Below are positions 8,353 to 17,774 of a DNA stretch of 64,000 nt, piece by piece. The notes beneath the pieces were generated by a model that had not been told where the DNA came from, did no database searches, and saw nothing but the letters and a program-made list of their open reading frames with translations. The stretch comes from Thermodesulfobacteriota bacterium. GTDB lineage: Bacteria > Desulfobacterota_D > UBA1144 > Nemesobacterales > Nemesobacteraceae. The stretch is taken from contig OZ241855.1 in the NCBI GenBank assembly GCA_965202785.1, positions 800,001 through 864,000 on the forward strand, written 5' to 3'. Position 1 is the stretch's first letter; every line of letters starts with the position of its first letter. A program made the position numbers and the translations under genes.

Positions 8353-9756
8353 GTGAAGATCGTAACAAGATTCGCTCCCAGCCCCACCGGTGCTCTTCAT
8401 GTGGGAGCGGCCCGGACCGCCATTTTCAATTGGCTTTTTTCTGCGAGTCTCGGCGGAGATTTCCTGCTCAGAATCGAGGATACCGACCGCGCGCGCTCCG
8501 AGGAGAAATTCGAGCGGCAGATTATCGAATCTCTTAAGTGGCTCGGGCTTGAGTGGCAGGGGGAAATCGTCCGGCAGTCAGGGCGGCTTGCCGATTACGG
8601 TCGGCTTGCCGAGCGGCTCATTGACGAGGACAAGGCCTACAGATGCTACGTTACTGCCGAGGAGCTCGGGAGAAGAAGGGAAGAGGCTGGGGAGAAAGGA
8701 GAGGTCTTCAGGTACAGAAGAGAGTGGTCGCAGGTCGGCGCGGCTCCTGGGAAACCTTACGCTGTAAGGCTTTCTGTGCTCCCCGGAGAGAAGATTTCCG
8801 TTGAGGACCTTGTCCGCGGCGGGATAGTTTTTGACTCTTCTGAAATAGAAGACTTCGTGATACTGAAAGCCGACGGATTTCCGACCTACAATTTCGCCGC
8901 GGCGGTTGATGACGCGCAGATGGATATATCTCACGTCATAAGGGGCGATGACCACATAATAAACGCTCCGAGGCAGATACTGATAGCCGAAGCACTCGGC
9001 TTCTCAAAGCCAAAGCTCGCCCATGTTCCTATGATACTCGGCGCGGACGGAAAAAAACTCTCGAAGCGCCACGGTGCGGAATCCGTTACGGAGTACCGAC
9101 TGCGCGGATATCTTCCGGAAGCGGTGCTTAATTATCTCGTGAGGCTGGGCTGGTCTTTTGGGGATCAGGAGATCTTCACAAAGCAGGAACTTGTTGAAAA
9201 ATTCAGCCTGAAAGGCATCGGAAAATCTCCCTCGGTGTTTGATCCTCAGAAATTTCTCTGGCTTAACGGAAAATACTTAAGGGACCTGCCCGAGGAGAGT
9301 ATATCAGAGAAAATAGCTCCTCTTGTCACGCAAAAGGGACTTCCCCAGCCGTCTTCCGAGCGGCTTTGTAAAATAGTCGCGCAGATGCGCGAGCGCTCAG
9401 AGACTCTTAACGCAATAGTGGATCAGTCTCTTTACTTTTTCACCGACGATTTCGAGTACGACGAAAAGGCGGCGGAAAAGTTCTTGGTGGAGCGAAACGG
9501 CGAGATTTTCATGCTTCTGGCCGAGGAACTCTCCGGCGTAGAGGATTTTTCCCATGATAATATTCACGGGGGTTTCGAGCGCGTGATGAAGCGAACTGGC
9601 CTTGGGCTTGGGAAAATAGCTCAGCCCGCCAGGGTTGCCCTTACCGGTTCGACGAAGAGTCCCGGGATCTTCGATGTTGTTGAGATACTGGGCAAAGACA
9701 CCGTCGCGCTGCGCCTCGCAAGGGCAATTGACTTTATAAGCTCCCGCATTGCCTGA
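8353..9756 (+). CDS. gltX: glutamate--tRNA ligase
   Basis: RFAPSPTGALHVG, LRIEDTD, HVIRGDDH, KLSKR; start trimmed to GTG 8353. Confidence 0.96.
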   Translation: MKIVTRFAPSPTGALHVGAARTAIFNWLFSASLGGDFLLRIEDTDRARSEEKFERQIIESLKWLGLEWQGEIVRQSGRLADYGRLAERLIDEDKAYRCYVTAEELGRRREEAGEKGEVFRYRREWSQVGAAPGKPYAVRLSVLPGEKISVEDLVRGGIVFDSSEIEDFVILKADGFPTYNFAAAVDDAQMDISHVIRGDDHIINAPRQILIAEALGFSKPKLAHVPMILGADGKKLSKRHGAESVTEYRLRGYLPEAVLNYLVRLGWSFGDQEIFTKQELVEKFSLKGIGKSPSVFDPQKFLWLNGKYLRDLPEESISEKIAPLVTQKGLPQPSSERLCKIVAQMRERSETLNAIVDQSLYFFTDDFEYDEKAAEKFLVERNGEIFMLLAEELSGVEDFSHDNIHGGFERVMKRTGLGLGKIAQPARVALTGSTKSPGIFDVVEILGKDTVALRLARAIDFISSRIA

Positions 9757-9758
9757 AG

Positions 9759-10361
9759 ATGAAGATATACGGGCTTACAGGAAATATAGGTTCGGGAAAA
9801 TCGACTGTGGCGGGGATGCTGCGCGAGTTCGGGGCGTTCACCGTGGATGCGGACGAGGTGGCGAGGGAAATCGTGCGGCCAGGAGAGCCTGCGCTTTCGG
9901 AAATCGTCGACTGTTTTGGCCGGGAGGTTCTCAGCGCTGACGGGACGCTTGACCGCGGCGCCCTTGCCGAAATAGTGTTTGCAAACGAGCGGGACCGCAA
10001 GCGGCTTAACAGGATAACCCACCCGAGGATTCTTGAGCGGATAAAGGAGAAGATATCCGCCCGGGGCGGCGAACCGATTGTGTTTGTTGAGGCGTCGCTT
10101 ATAGATCGCGGAAGCGGTGGTCTTGATGACCTAATCGACGGTCTGGTGGTAGTTACGTGTCCCGAGGAATTGAGGGAGCGCAGAGTGGCTGTCCGTGATG
10201 GCATGCCGCCTGGGGAAATCCGCCGCCGCATGGACTCCCAGATACCCGAAGAGGAGAAGGCCGCTCAGGCCGATTTTCTGATAAAAAACTCCTCCGGCAT
10301 GGAGAGTCTGCGTGCCCAAGTCCGTGCTCTGTTCGAGGCTCTTTGCGCTGCGGAACCTTGA
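9759..10361 (+). CDS. coaE: dephospho-CoA kinase
   Basis: GLTGNIGSGKSTV, DAD, LNRITHP. Confidence 0.95.
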   Translation: MKIYGLTGNIGSGKSTVAGMLREFGAFTVDADEVAREIVRPGEPALSEIVDCFGREVLSADGTLDRGALAEIVFANERDRKRLNRITHPRILERIKEKISARGGEPIVFVEASLIDRGSGGLDDLIDGLVVVTCPEELRERRVAVRDGMPPGEIRRRMDSQIPEEEKAAQADFLIKNSSGMESLRAQVRALFEALCAAEP

Positions 10362-10429
10362 AACGGCGCCTCTGCGTGTTATGATTCACTGATCCGTTTT
10401 CAACTGTGAGTGGGTCTGGAGTACATCCG

Positions 10430-11974
10430 ATGAAAGAAAAAGTCAGAATTCTTGAAGATAAGGAAAAAGAGGCAAATCTGGGTGGTGGGGAAGCCAGAAT
10501 CAAAAGACAGCATGATTCCGGCAAACACACGGCTCGCGAGCGAATAGCCGAACTTCTTGACAGGGATACTTTCGTTGAACTTGACAAGTTTGTCCTGCAC
10601 GGCTGCACGGACTTCGGCATGGAAAAAAAGAGAATCCTCGGCGACGGCGTGGTTACGGGCTACGGAAAGATTGAGGGACGCCAGGTGTTTGTCTACGCTC
10701 AGGATTTCACGGTTTTCGGAGGTTCCCTGGGTCTCGAACAGGGAAAGAAGATATGCAAGATAATGGATCTTGCGCTTTCAACCGGGGCGCCGATCATTGG
10801 GCTTAACGATTCCGGCGGGGCGAGAATCCAGGAAGGGGTAAAGAGTCTCGGCGCGTACGGAGAGATATTTCTTCGAAACGTGATTTCCTCGGGAGTCATA
10901 CCTCAGATATCCGCGATCATGGGTCCGTGCGCCGGGGGCGCAGTTTACTCCCCGGTAATGAACGATTTTACGATCATGTCGAAAGGAGCAAGCTACATGT
11001 TCGTTACGGGCCCCGACGTGATCAAGACCGTTACCCATGAAGAGGTCTCCTCAGAAGAACTCGGCGGCGCCATGGTTCACAATTCTGTAAGCGGCGTCGC
11101 GCATTTCGCCTCGGAGGATGACGACGACTCAATAGAGATAATAAAGGAACTCCTCGGTTTTCTCCCCTCAAACAACATGGAGGACCCGCCGGTTATTCCC
11201 TGTGATGACCCCGCGGACAGAAAAGAGACGAGCCTTCGCGGGCTTATCCCCGATAACCCCAACAAGCCTTATGACATACTGGATGTGGTTCGGCCCATAG
11301 TCGACCATTCGTATTTCTTTGAGGTGCAAGAGCACTACGCAAAGAACATAGTGATAGGATTTGCGAGGATGAACGGGCAGCCGGTCGGCGTAGTTGGAAA
11401 CCAGCCCAAGGTACTTGCGGGATGTCTTGACATAGACGCTTCGGTTAAGGCTGCCAGATTCGTAAGGTTCTGCGATGCCTTCAATATTCCTCTCCTTACC
11501 TTTGTCGACGTACCGGGTTTTCTCCCGGGAACCTCGCAGGAGTGGGGAGGAATCATAAGGCACGGCGCGAAACTGCTTTACGCCTACTGCGAGGCAACGG
11601 TTCCGAGAATTACCGTGATAACCAGAAAAGCCTACGGAGGTGCTTACGACGTCATGTCCTCGAAACATATAAGAGGAGACGTGAACCTTGCCTATCCCAC
11701 CGCGGAAATCGCGGTCATGGGACCTGACGGGGCCGTAAACATAATTTCCCGGGGGGAAATAGCCGCTGCGGACGACCCGGACACAGAGAGAATCAGGCTT
11801 ATTGAGGAGTACAAGAAGAATTTCGCGAATCCTTACCGCGCTGCGAGCTTGGGTTACATAGACGAGGTCATAAAACCCGAGGACACGAGACCCAGAGTGA
11901 TAGCGGCGCTTGAGATGCTGAACGGAAAAAGACAGACACTTCCGCCGAAAAAGCACGGGAACATTCCCCTCTGA
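10430..11974 (+). CDS. pccB: acyl-CoA (propionyl-CoA) carboxylase carboxyltransferase subunit
   Basis: [42 protein letters not shown]-terminal KKHGNIPL. Confidence 0.92.
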   Translation: MKEKVRILEDKEKEANLGGGEARIKRQHDSGKHTARERIAELLDRDTFVELDKFVLHGCTDFGMEKKRILGDGVVTGYGKIEGRQVFVYAQDFTVFGGSLGLEQGKKICKIMDLALSTGAPIIGLNDSGGARIQEGVKSLGAYGEIFLRNVISSGVIPQISAIMGPCAGGAVYSPVMNDFTIMSKGASYMFVTGPDVIKTVTHEEVSSEELGGAMVHNSVSGVAHFASEDDDDSIEIIKELLGFLPSNNMEDPPVIPCDDPADRKETSLRGLIPDNPNKPYDILDVVRPIVDHSYFFEVQEHYAKNIVIGFARMNGQPVGVVGNQPKVLAGCLDIDASVKAARFVRFCDAFNIPLLTFVDVPGFLPGTSQEWGGIIRHGAKLLYAYCEATVPRITVITRKAYGGAYDVMSSKHIRGDVNLAYPTAEIAVMGPDGAVNIISRGEIAAADDPDTERIRLIEEYKKNFANPYRAASLGYIDEVIKPEDTRPRVIAALEMLNGKRQTLPPKKHGNIPL

Positions 11975-11990
11975 ACGGTCGGGTGAGAAA

Positions 11991-13487
11991 ATGTTCAAAA
12001 AAATACTGATAGCAAACAGGGGAGAGATAGCGGTAAGAATCATCAGGGCGTGCCGGGAACTTGGAATCGCTACGGTGGCAGTTTATTCAGACGCTGACAG
12101 AGACGCTCTTCACGTTATGCTCGCGGATGAGGCTTACCATATAGGAGCGTCGAAACCCTCTGAGAGCTACTTGGCAGGGGAGAAGGTAGTTGCGGCCGCC
12201 AAGAAATCCGGGGCCGAAGCAATACACCCGGGGTTCGGATTTCTTTCCGAAAACGATTCCTTCGCCGAGCTGTGCGAGAAAGAGGGCGTGGTTTTCATAG
12301 GGCCTTCCGCGGAAGCGATAAGGCTTATGGGGGATAAAGTAACCGCGAGGAAGATAGCCAGAGAAGCGAACCTACCCCTTGTTCCCGGGTCCGAGGGAGC
12401 CGTATCAGATGTTGAAGCTTCCAGGGTGGCGAAGAAAATTGGCTACCCGGTGATGATAAAGGCTTCTGCGGGCGGGGGCGGAAAGGGGATGAGACTCGTT
12501 AATTCCAAGGAGGAATTCGAATCGTCCCTTCGTATGGCCAGGAGCGAGGCGTTCTCCTCTTTCGGAGACGATTCCGTATTCATAGAAAAATTCATTCAGA
12601 AACCGAGACACGTCGAAGTCCAGGTTCTCGGAGACAGGCACGGAAACCTGCTGCATCTGTTCGAGCGCGAATGCTCGATACAGAGACGCCACCAGAAGGT
12701 GATAGAGGAAGCTCCCTCGGGATTCATAAGCCAGAAAACGAGAAAAAACATGTGCGAAGTCGCACTTCGCATAGCAAAAGCGGTTGACTATTTCGGGGCC
12801 GGCACGGTCGAGTTCATAATGGACCAGGAGGAGAATTTCTATTTTCTGGAAATGAACACCAGGGTGCAGGTCGAGCACCCGGTCACGGAAATGATCACGG
12901 GAATCGATATAGTGAAATGGATGATAAGGATAGCTTCGGGGGAAAAACTGCCTTTCAAGCAGTCTGCCATAAAAATGCAGGGCCATGCTCTTGAATGCAG
13001 GGTTTACGCGGAGGACCCCGCCACCAATTTTCTTCCCTCGCCAGGACCCCTTCACTACGTCCGTGCTCCCAGCGGTCCGGGAGTGAGGGATGATTCATCC
13101 GTCTACAGCGGCTGCGAGATAACGTCTTTTTACGATCCGATGCTCTCAAAGCTTGTCGTCTGGGGAAATTCCCGGGAGGATGCGGTAGACAGGATGCTTT
13201 CCGCTCTAAGGGAATACGTGGTTCTGGGAGTGCGAACCAATCTCGGATTTCTGATCAGAATGATGCGGGATCCGGAGTTCCGCAAGGCGCAGATTGACAC
13301 AGGCTTTATAGAGAGACATCCAGAACTTCTGGTGCCCGAGGAATCTGATCCTGAACTCATACTCATGGCCGCCGCCGTCGCCATGAACGGTGGCTCGAAC
13401 CAGGTTGTGCAGGGGAAAACCGCCACTTCTTCGAGCTGGAAGCTTTTTGCCAGAAGGGTCGGCGTATCCGGGAATCCGCTGTTATGA
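11991..13487 (+). CDS. accC: biotin carboxylase subunit
   Basis: KILIANRGEIA, GGGGKGMR, RECSIQRRHQK, EMNTRVQVEH. Confidence 0.92.
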   Translation: MFKKILIANRGEIAVRIIRACRELGIATVAVYSDADRDALHVMLADEAYHIGASKPSESYLAGEKVVAAAKKSGAEAIHPGFGFLSENDSFAELCEKEGVVFIGPSAEAIRLMGDKVTARKIAREANLPLVPGSEGAVSDVEASRVAKKIGYPVMIKASAGGGGKGMRLVNSKEEFESSLRMARSEAFSSFGDDSVFIEKFIQKPRHVEVQVLGDRHGNLLHLFERECSIQRRHQKVIEEAPSGFISQKTRKNMCEVALRIAKAVDYFGAGTVEFIMDQEENFYFLEMNTRVQVEHPVTEMITGIDIVKWMIRIASGEKLPFKQSAIKMQGHALECRVYAEDPATNFLPSPGPLHYVRAPSGPGVRDDSSVYSGCEITSFYDPMLSKLVVWGNSREDAVDRMLSALREYVVLGVRTNLGFLIRMMRDPEFRKAQIDTGFIERHPELLVPEESDPELILMAAAVAMNGGSNQVVQGKTATSSSWKLFARRVGVSGNPLL

Positions 13488-13975
13488 CTTATACTTTCAA
13501 ACTGGGAAACAAAACCTATAGGGTAGGTTTCGAAGAGAAGGAAGGACTGAGCCTTTTCAGCATAGACGATGAGCAGAAGGAATTAGAATTTCTGCGTATA
13601 GACGAAAACACCTATTCGATCCTGGTTGACAACAAGAGCATCACCGTAGGGATATTCAGGGAAGGAAAGAAAATACAGATTTTCCACGAAGGTGATCTCT
13701 ACGAACTGGAGGCCGTTTCCGGAAGGGACGCTTCCCAGGCAGAAGGCACGGGGAGTCTTAACATAACGGCGCCTATGCACAGCAGGGTAGTGAAGATCCT
13801 TAAGAAACAGGGAGACAGCGTCGAGGTTGGGGACAGCGTCATAGTGGTTGAAGCGATGAAGATGGAAAGCGAGCTTAAAGCCTCTGCCTCGGGCACCATA
13901 AAGGAAATAAGGGTTAAAGAAGGGGATACGGTTGAGAAGGACTCTGTTCTGGTTGCCCTTTCCGATAGTGAATAA
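13484..13975 (+). CDS. biotin carboxyl carrier protein subunit
   Basis: EAMKME biotinylation motif; overlaps the accC stop. Confidence 0.92.
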   Translation: MTYTFKLGNKTYRVGFEEKEGLSLFSIDDEQKELEFLRIDENTYSILVDNKSITVGIFREGKKIQIFHEGDLYELEAVSGRDASQAEGTGSLNITAPMHSRVVKILKKQGDSVEVGDSVIVVEAMKMESELKASASGTIKEIRVKEGDTVEKDSVLVALSDSE

Positions 13976-14001
13976 TCATCAGAAAGTGAGGTTGTTTTAA
14001 A

Positions 14002-15174
14002 GTGAAAAAAGTAGCTACGCTTTTGTTTTTTGCCGTGGTGGCCGCGGCTGCGGTCCTCGGTCTTGTTTCCTGCGGCGAGGATAGCGACGAGGAGATTGCA
14101 GTCGGCGTCGCCTTTCCCCTTACGGGAGTGTCAGAGGGGCTCGGGGATAACATGAAAAAAGGCGTCGAACTCGCCATAGAGGAGATCAACGCGTCGGCGC
14201 TTCTCGGCGGGACGGATCTCCGACCGGTTTTTGAGGATACCGAAGGCACCCCGGACGGTGCTGAGAGGGCTTTCAGGAAGCTTATCGGTGAGGACGCCGT
14301 GAGTGCGATAATCGGTCCGTGGAGTTCCAGCTCGACGAAAGAAATCGCCCCGCTTGCGAACGAAAGCGAGGTGGTGGCCATAAGTCCGACCTCCGCCGCG
14401 AGTCCAAGCGGGATCACCGCTCCCGGCGATTTCATATTCCGTACTTCCCTTAGCGTGGACAAAATGGTGCCCGAAGGAATAAGGAAAACCAAAGACGCTC
14501 TGGGGTATTCAAAAGCGGCGACCATAGTCAACCAAGCCGACACTTTCTCCGTGAGCAGCAACAAGAAGGTGCTTGAGGAACTCATGAGAAATGAGCACTC
14601 GGACGTTGAGGTCGTGACGAAGCAGACTTTCAGCCGCGAAAAGAATGCCGAGCTTCCCGATCTCACGGAGCAGTTAAGTGCCATAAGGGACTCGGGTGCG
14701 GACGTGGTATTCGTTTCGGCGCTTTCGCCGGGGCGCCAGGGGGTAATAGTCAGGGCCCGCGAGATGGGCATAACAGTTCCCCTGATCGTAATTGTGCTCA
14801 CGGAGACGGGCGTGGCGGAGGCCGAGAAGAAACTGGAGGGGTCGACCGAAGACGTTGTTACGATTACGAGCTGGGTAGGCGACAGCACGCCTCGGAGCGA
14901 GGATTTCGTCGGGAAATACAAGGCGAAATACAAAGAGGACCCCGATGCGTACTCGGCGCGCTCCTACGCTTCCACCCAAATACTGGCCGCCGCCATCGCA
15001 CGTGCTTCAACCCACAGTTCTGAGGATATAAGGGCGGCCCTGCAGATGATCGGTCCGGAATCCGCTCTGGACGACACTATTTTCGGGAAATTCTATTTCG
15101 ACGAGAACGGGGATGGGATCTACAGCCCCGTGGTAAGGATAGTCCGCGGCGGCAAGTTTGAAACCCTAGAGTAA
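14002..15174 (+). CDS. branched-chain amino acid-type ABC substrate-binding lipoprotein (LivK family), paralog 1
   Basis: Lipobox LVSC; LAIEEIN, IIGPWSS, FIFRTS, FGKFYFDENGD. Confidence 0.88.
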   Translation: MKKVATLLFFAVVAAAAVLGLVSCGEDSDEEIAVGVAFPLTGVSEGLGDNMKKGVELAIEEINASALLGGTDLRPVFEDTEGTPDGAERAFRKLIGEDAVSAIIGPWSSSSTKEIAPLANESEVVAISPTSAASPSGITAPGDFIFRTSLSVDKMVPEGIRKTKDALGYSKAATIVNQADTFSVSSNKKVLEELMRNEHSDVEVVTKQTFSREKNAELPDLTEQLSAIRDSGADVVFVSALSPGRQGVIVRAREMGITVPLIVIVLTETGVAEAEKKLEGSTEDVVTITSWVGDSTPRSEDFVGKYKAKYKEDPDAYSARSYASTQILAAAIARASTHSSEDIRAALQMIGPESALDDTIFGKFYFDENGDGIYSPVVRIVRGGKFETLE

Positions 15175-15267
15175 TCTCGTTATTCAGGCCTGTCAGCACG
15201 GTTTTGATCCTGAGCGTTTGAACGGGTATCTTTCTTGGAGAATGGATGGCTGTCGGAGGACTTTAAC

Positions 15268-16416
15268 ATAAAAAAAGTAACTGCATTTATGTTTGCTGCC
15301 GGAGCCGTTGTGCTGCTGCTTCTCGGTTCTTTTTCCTGTGGCCAGAACGAAACCGAAGAGATTGAGGTCGGTGTTGTTGTTCCCCTTACCGGTCCGCTTT
15401 CCTCAAACGGCCTGCAGATGAAAAACGGCATGGAGCTTGCCCTTGGGGAAATTAACGGATCGCCACTGCTTGACGGAAAAGAAATCAGGTTCATAGTTGA
15501 GGATTCCGAGGGTACCCCAGACGGCGCCGAGAGAGCCTACAGAAAGCTTATTGAGCAGGATGGAGTGGTTGCCGTCCTTGGTCCTTTTACGTCGAGCGCC
15601 ACCGAAAGAATCATTCCGGTCGCGCAGCAAAACAAGGTTGTGGCTTTCAGTCCCACATCCGCGGCGCGCGGTCTCAGCGCCAGAAGCGAATTTGCCTTCC
15701 GTGCATCCCTCACCGTCGACCCGCTTGTGCAGGCTGGCGTTATGGTTACCAGAGAGCAGTTGCGTTACAATAACGTAGCCACGATAGTGAATGAAGCTGA
15801 TTCTTTTTCCTCAAGTAACCACGAAAAGGTAAAAGAGGAGCTTGAAAAGCATGGTGTCAGGATCGTGAGCGAGCAGGCTTATTCTCGACCAACCGGTGCA
15901 CTTCCCGACCTGACTAGCCAGTTAACCGACATAATAAATGCCGTCCCTCCACCCGAGGCTCTTTTCATATCAGCTCTGGCTCCAGGCCGCAGAGGAATTA
16001 TGGTTCAGGCGCGACGACTCGGAATGGATATGAATATTCCTTTTCTGATTACCCTGTCTACTCTGGATGACGTGAGCGAAGCTGCAGATGCGGCCGAGGG
16101 CGCGATTACCTTTACGACCTGGATTGCGGCTATTGACACACCCGAGAACCGCAAGTTTCTCAGGAATTACCGGGAAAAATACGACGGTGAACCCGACGCT
16201 TTTGCCGCACTATCCTATGCGGCTACCCACATATTGGCCGAAGCTATTGCCGACGCTTCTTCAACTAACCCGGAAGCCATACGCGATTCGATGGCCGATA
16301 TTAGGGCAGACACGCTCTTAGGCGAGTTCTATTTTGATCGCCACGGGGATGCGGTTTACGAACCGATTGTGGGAATAGTAGAAAACGGCATGTTTGAAGT
16401 TTTCGACCGACCATGA
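15268..16416 (+). CDS. LivK-family substrate-binding lipoprotein, paralog 2 (start uncertain: ATA 15268, TTG 15235 or ATG 15289)
   Basis: Lipobox SFSC; LALGEIN, VLGPFTS, LGEFYFDRHGD. Confidence 0.85.
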   Translation: MKKVTAFMFAAGAVVLLLLGSFSCGQNETEEIEVGVVVPLTGPLSSNGLQMKNGMELALGEINGSPLLDGKEIRFIVEDSEGTPDGAERAYRKLIEQDGVVAVLGPFTSSATERIIPVAQQNKVVAFSPTSAARGLSARSEFAFRASLTVDPLVQAGVMVTREQLRYNNVATIVNEADSFSSSNHEKVKEELEKHGVRIVSEQAYSRPTGALPDLTSQLTDIINAVPPPEALFISALAPGRRGIMVQARRLGMDMNIPFLITLSTLDDVSEAADAAEGAITFTTWIAAIDTPENRKFLRNYREKYDGEPDAFAALSYAATHILAEAIADASSTNPEAIRDSMADIRADTLLGEFYFDRHGDAVYEPIVGIVENGMFEVFDRP

Positions 16417-16544
16417 CCGGTTTGAGTCGGTTCAATAAGTTTGCCTTCAGGTGTTTAGTGGGGGGAGAGAGAACCTGAACACACATTCTTCTTAGTTGAC
16501 CCGTCCGTATGGCAAATGTCACCAGAAACAAAGGGGCACTTGAT

Positions 16545-17684
16545 ATGAAAAAAATAGCTACTCTCATGTTGATTGCAGTAGCCATGGTTCTCAGCTTTCT
16601 TTCCTGCGCTCAAGATGAAACCGAGGAGATTCCCGTCGGCGTCATCATTTCTCTCACAGGTTCGCATGCGGGCTTTGATCTAAAAAATGCTCTGGATCTG
16701 GCTCTTGAAGAAGTTAACGCATCGCTGCTGCCTGACGGCAGGAAAATCAGGTTCATCTTTGAGGATTCTGAAAGTACTCCGGATGGAGCGGAAAGAGCGT
16801 ACAGAAAACTTATTGAACGGGGTGAAGTAGTGGCCATACTGGGTCCCTATACTTCAAGCGAGGTTAAAAGAATTATTCCGGTCCTGAGTCAGAACGGAGT
16901 TTTGGTTCTCAGTCCCACCTCTGCCGCGAGCGGTCTCAGCACCCAAAGCGATTTTCTCTTCCGCTGTTCTCTTACAGTCGAGCGTTTGGTGCCGAAAGGG
17001 GTCAGGGTTATCAGGGAGGAATTTGGCTACAGAAAAGTGGCTGCGATAGCAAACCGCGTGGATGCTTTTTCGCAGAGCAATCTAGAACTGCTGAAACGGG
17101 AGATTGACAAGTATGAGGACGTCTCGATTGTGAGTGAGCAGTTTTTTGACCTGTCCGGCGACGGCCAACTCCCCGACCTGACCGACCAGTTGATCAGGAT
17201 AAAGGATACGGACCCCGATGCTATCTTCGTTTCTGCTTTGCCTCCTGAGCAGCCTGGGGTTATGGTCCAGGCGCGGCGGCTCGGGATAGCGGATGTTCCT
17301 TTTATCATCACTCATCTCGCAATAGGTGTCGTGGGGGCGGCGAATAACACTGAACCCGGTTCCGCCGAAGGTTCAATTACCTCTACGAGCTGGATTGCCG
17401 CTGTGGACATTCCCGAAAATCGAAAATTTCTCAGGAATTACCGGGAAAAATACGACGGTGAGCCCGGTTCTTTTTCCGCGCTGTCGTACGTTTCGGTCTA
17501 TATACTGGCCGAAGCTGTTTCTAATGCTGTTTCAACCGATCCACGGGCGATTCGCGATGCGATGGCCGACCTCAGGTTGAATACACTTTTAGGCGAATTC
17601 TATTTTGACCGTAACGGGGATGCGGTTTACGAGCCGATTGTTGCGAGAGTAAAGGACGGCAAATTCGAAGTTATAGGGCAATAG
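16545..17684 (+). CDS. LivK-family substrate-binding lipoprotein, paralog 3
   Basis: MKKIATLML...FLSC lipobox; LALEEVN, ILGPYTS, LGEFYFDRNGD. Confidence 0.88.
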   Translation: MKKIATLMLIAVAMVLSFLSCAQDETEEIPVGVIISLTGSHAGFDLKNALDLALEEVNASLLPDGRKIRFIFEDSESTPDGAERAYRKLIERGEVVAILGPYTSSEVKRIIPVLSQNGVLVLSPTSAASGLSTQSDFLFRCSLTVERLVPKGVRVIREEFGYRKVAAIANRVDAFSQSNLELLKREIDKYEDVSIVSEQFFDLSGDGQLPDLTDQLIRIKDTDPDAIFVSALPPEQPGVMVQARRLGIADVPFIITHLAIGVVGAANNTEPGSAEGSITSTSWIAAVDIPENRKFLRNYREKYDGEPGSFSALSYVSVYILAEAVSNAVSTDPRAIRDAMADLRLNTLLGEFYFDRNGDAVYEPIVARVKDGKFEVIGQ

Positions 17685-17774
17685 TTAAGCCAGCACATTA
17701 CGCTCGACTCTTTAAGCTTTGTGGAGTGTTTTTGTAAGACAATCGTTAAGAGGTGAGGTTTTCAAACTGTTGCT

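Noticed and set aside
8155-8368. Overlapping N-terminal extensions of gltX and the BtuF-like gene
   Set aside because: Artefacts of longest-ORF calling; starts at 8353 and 8263 leave a normal divergent gap
11168-14933. Long antisense ORFs (11168-12043, 12405-13055, 13914-14933; likewise 58484-59539)
   Set aside because: They lie opposite well-supported genes and have no motifs; shadow ORFs
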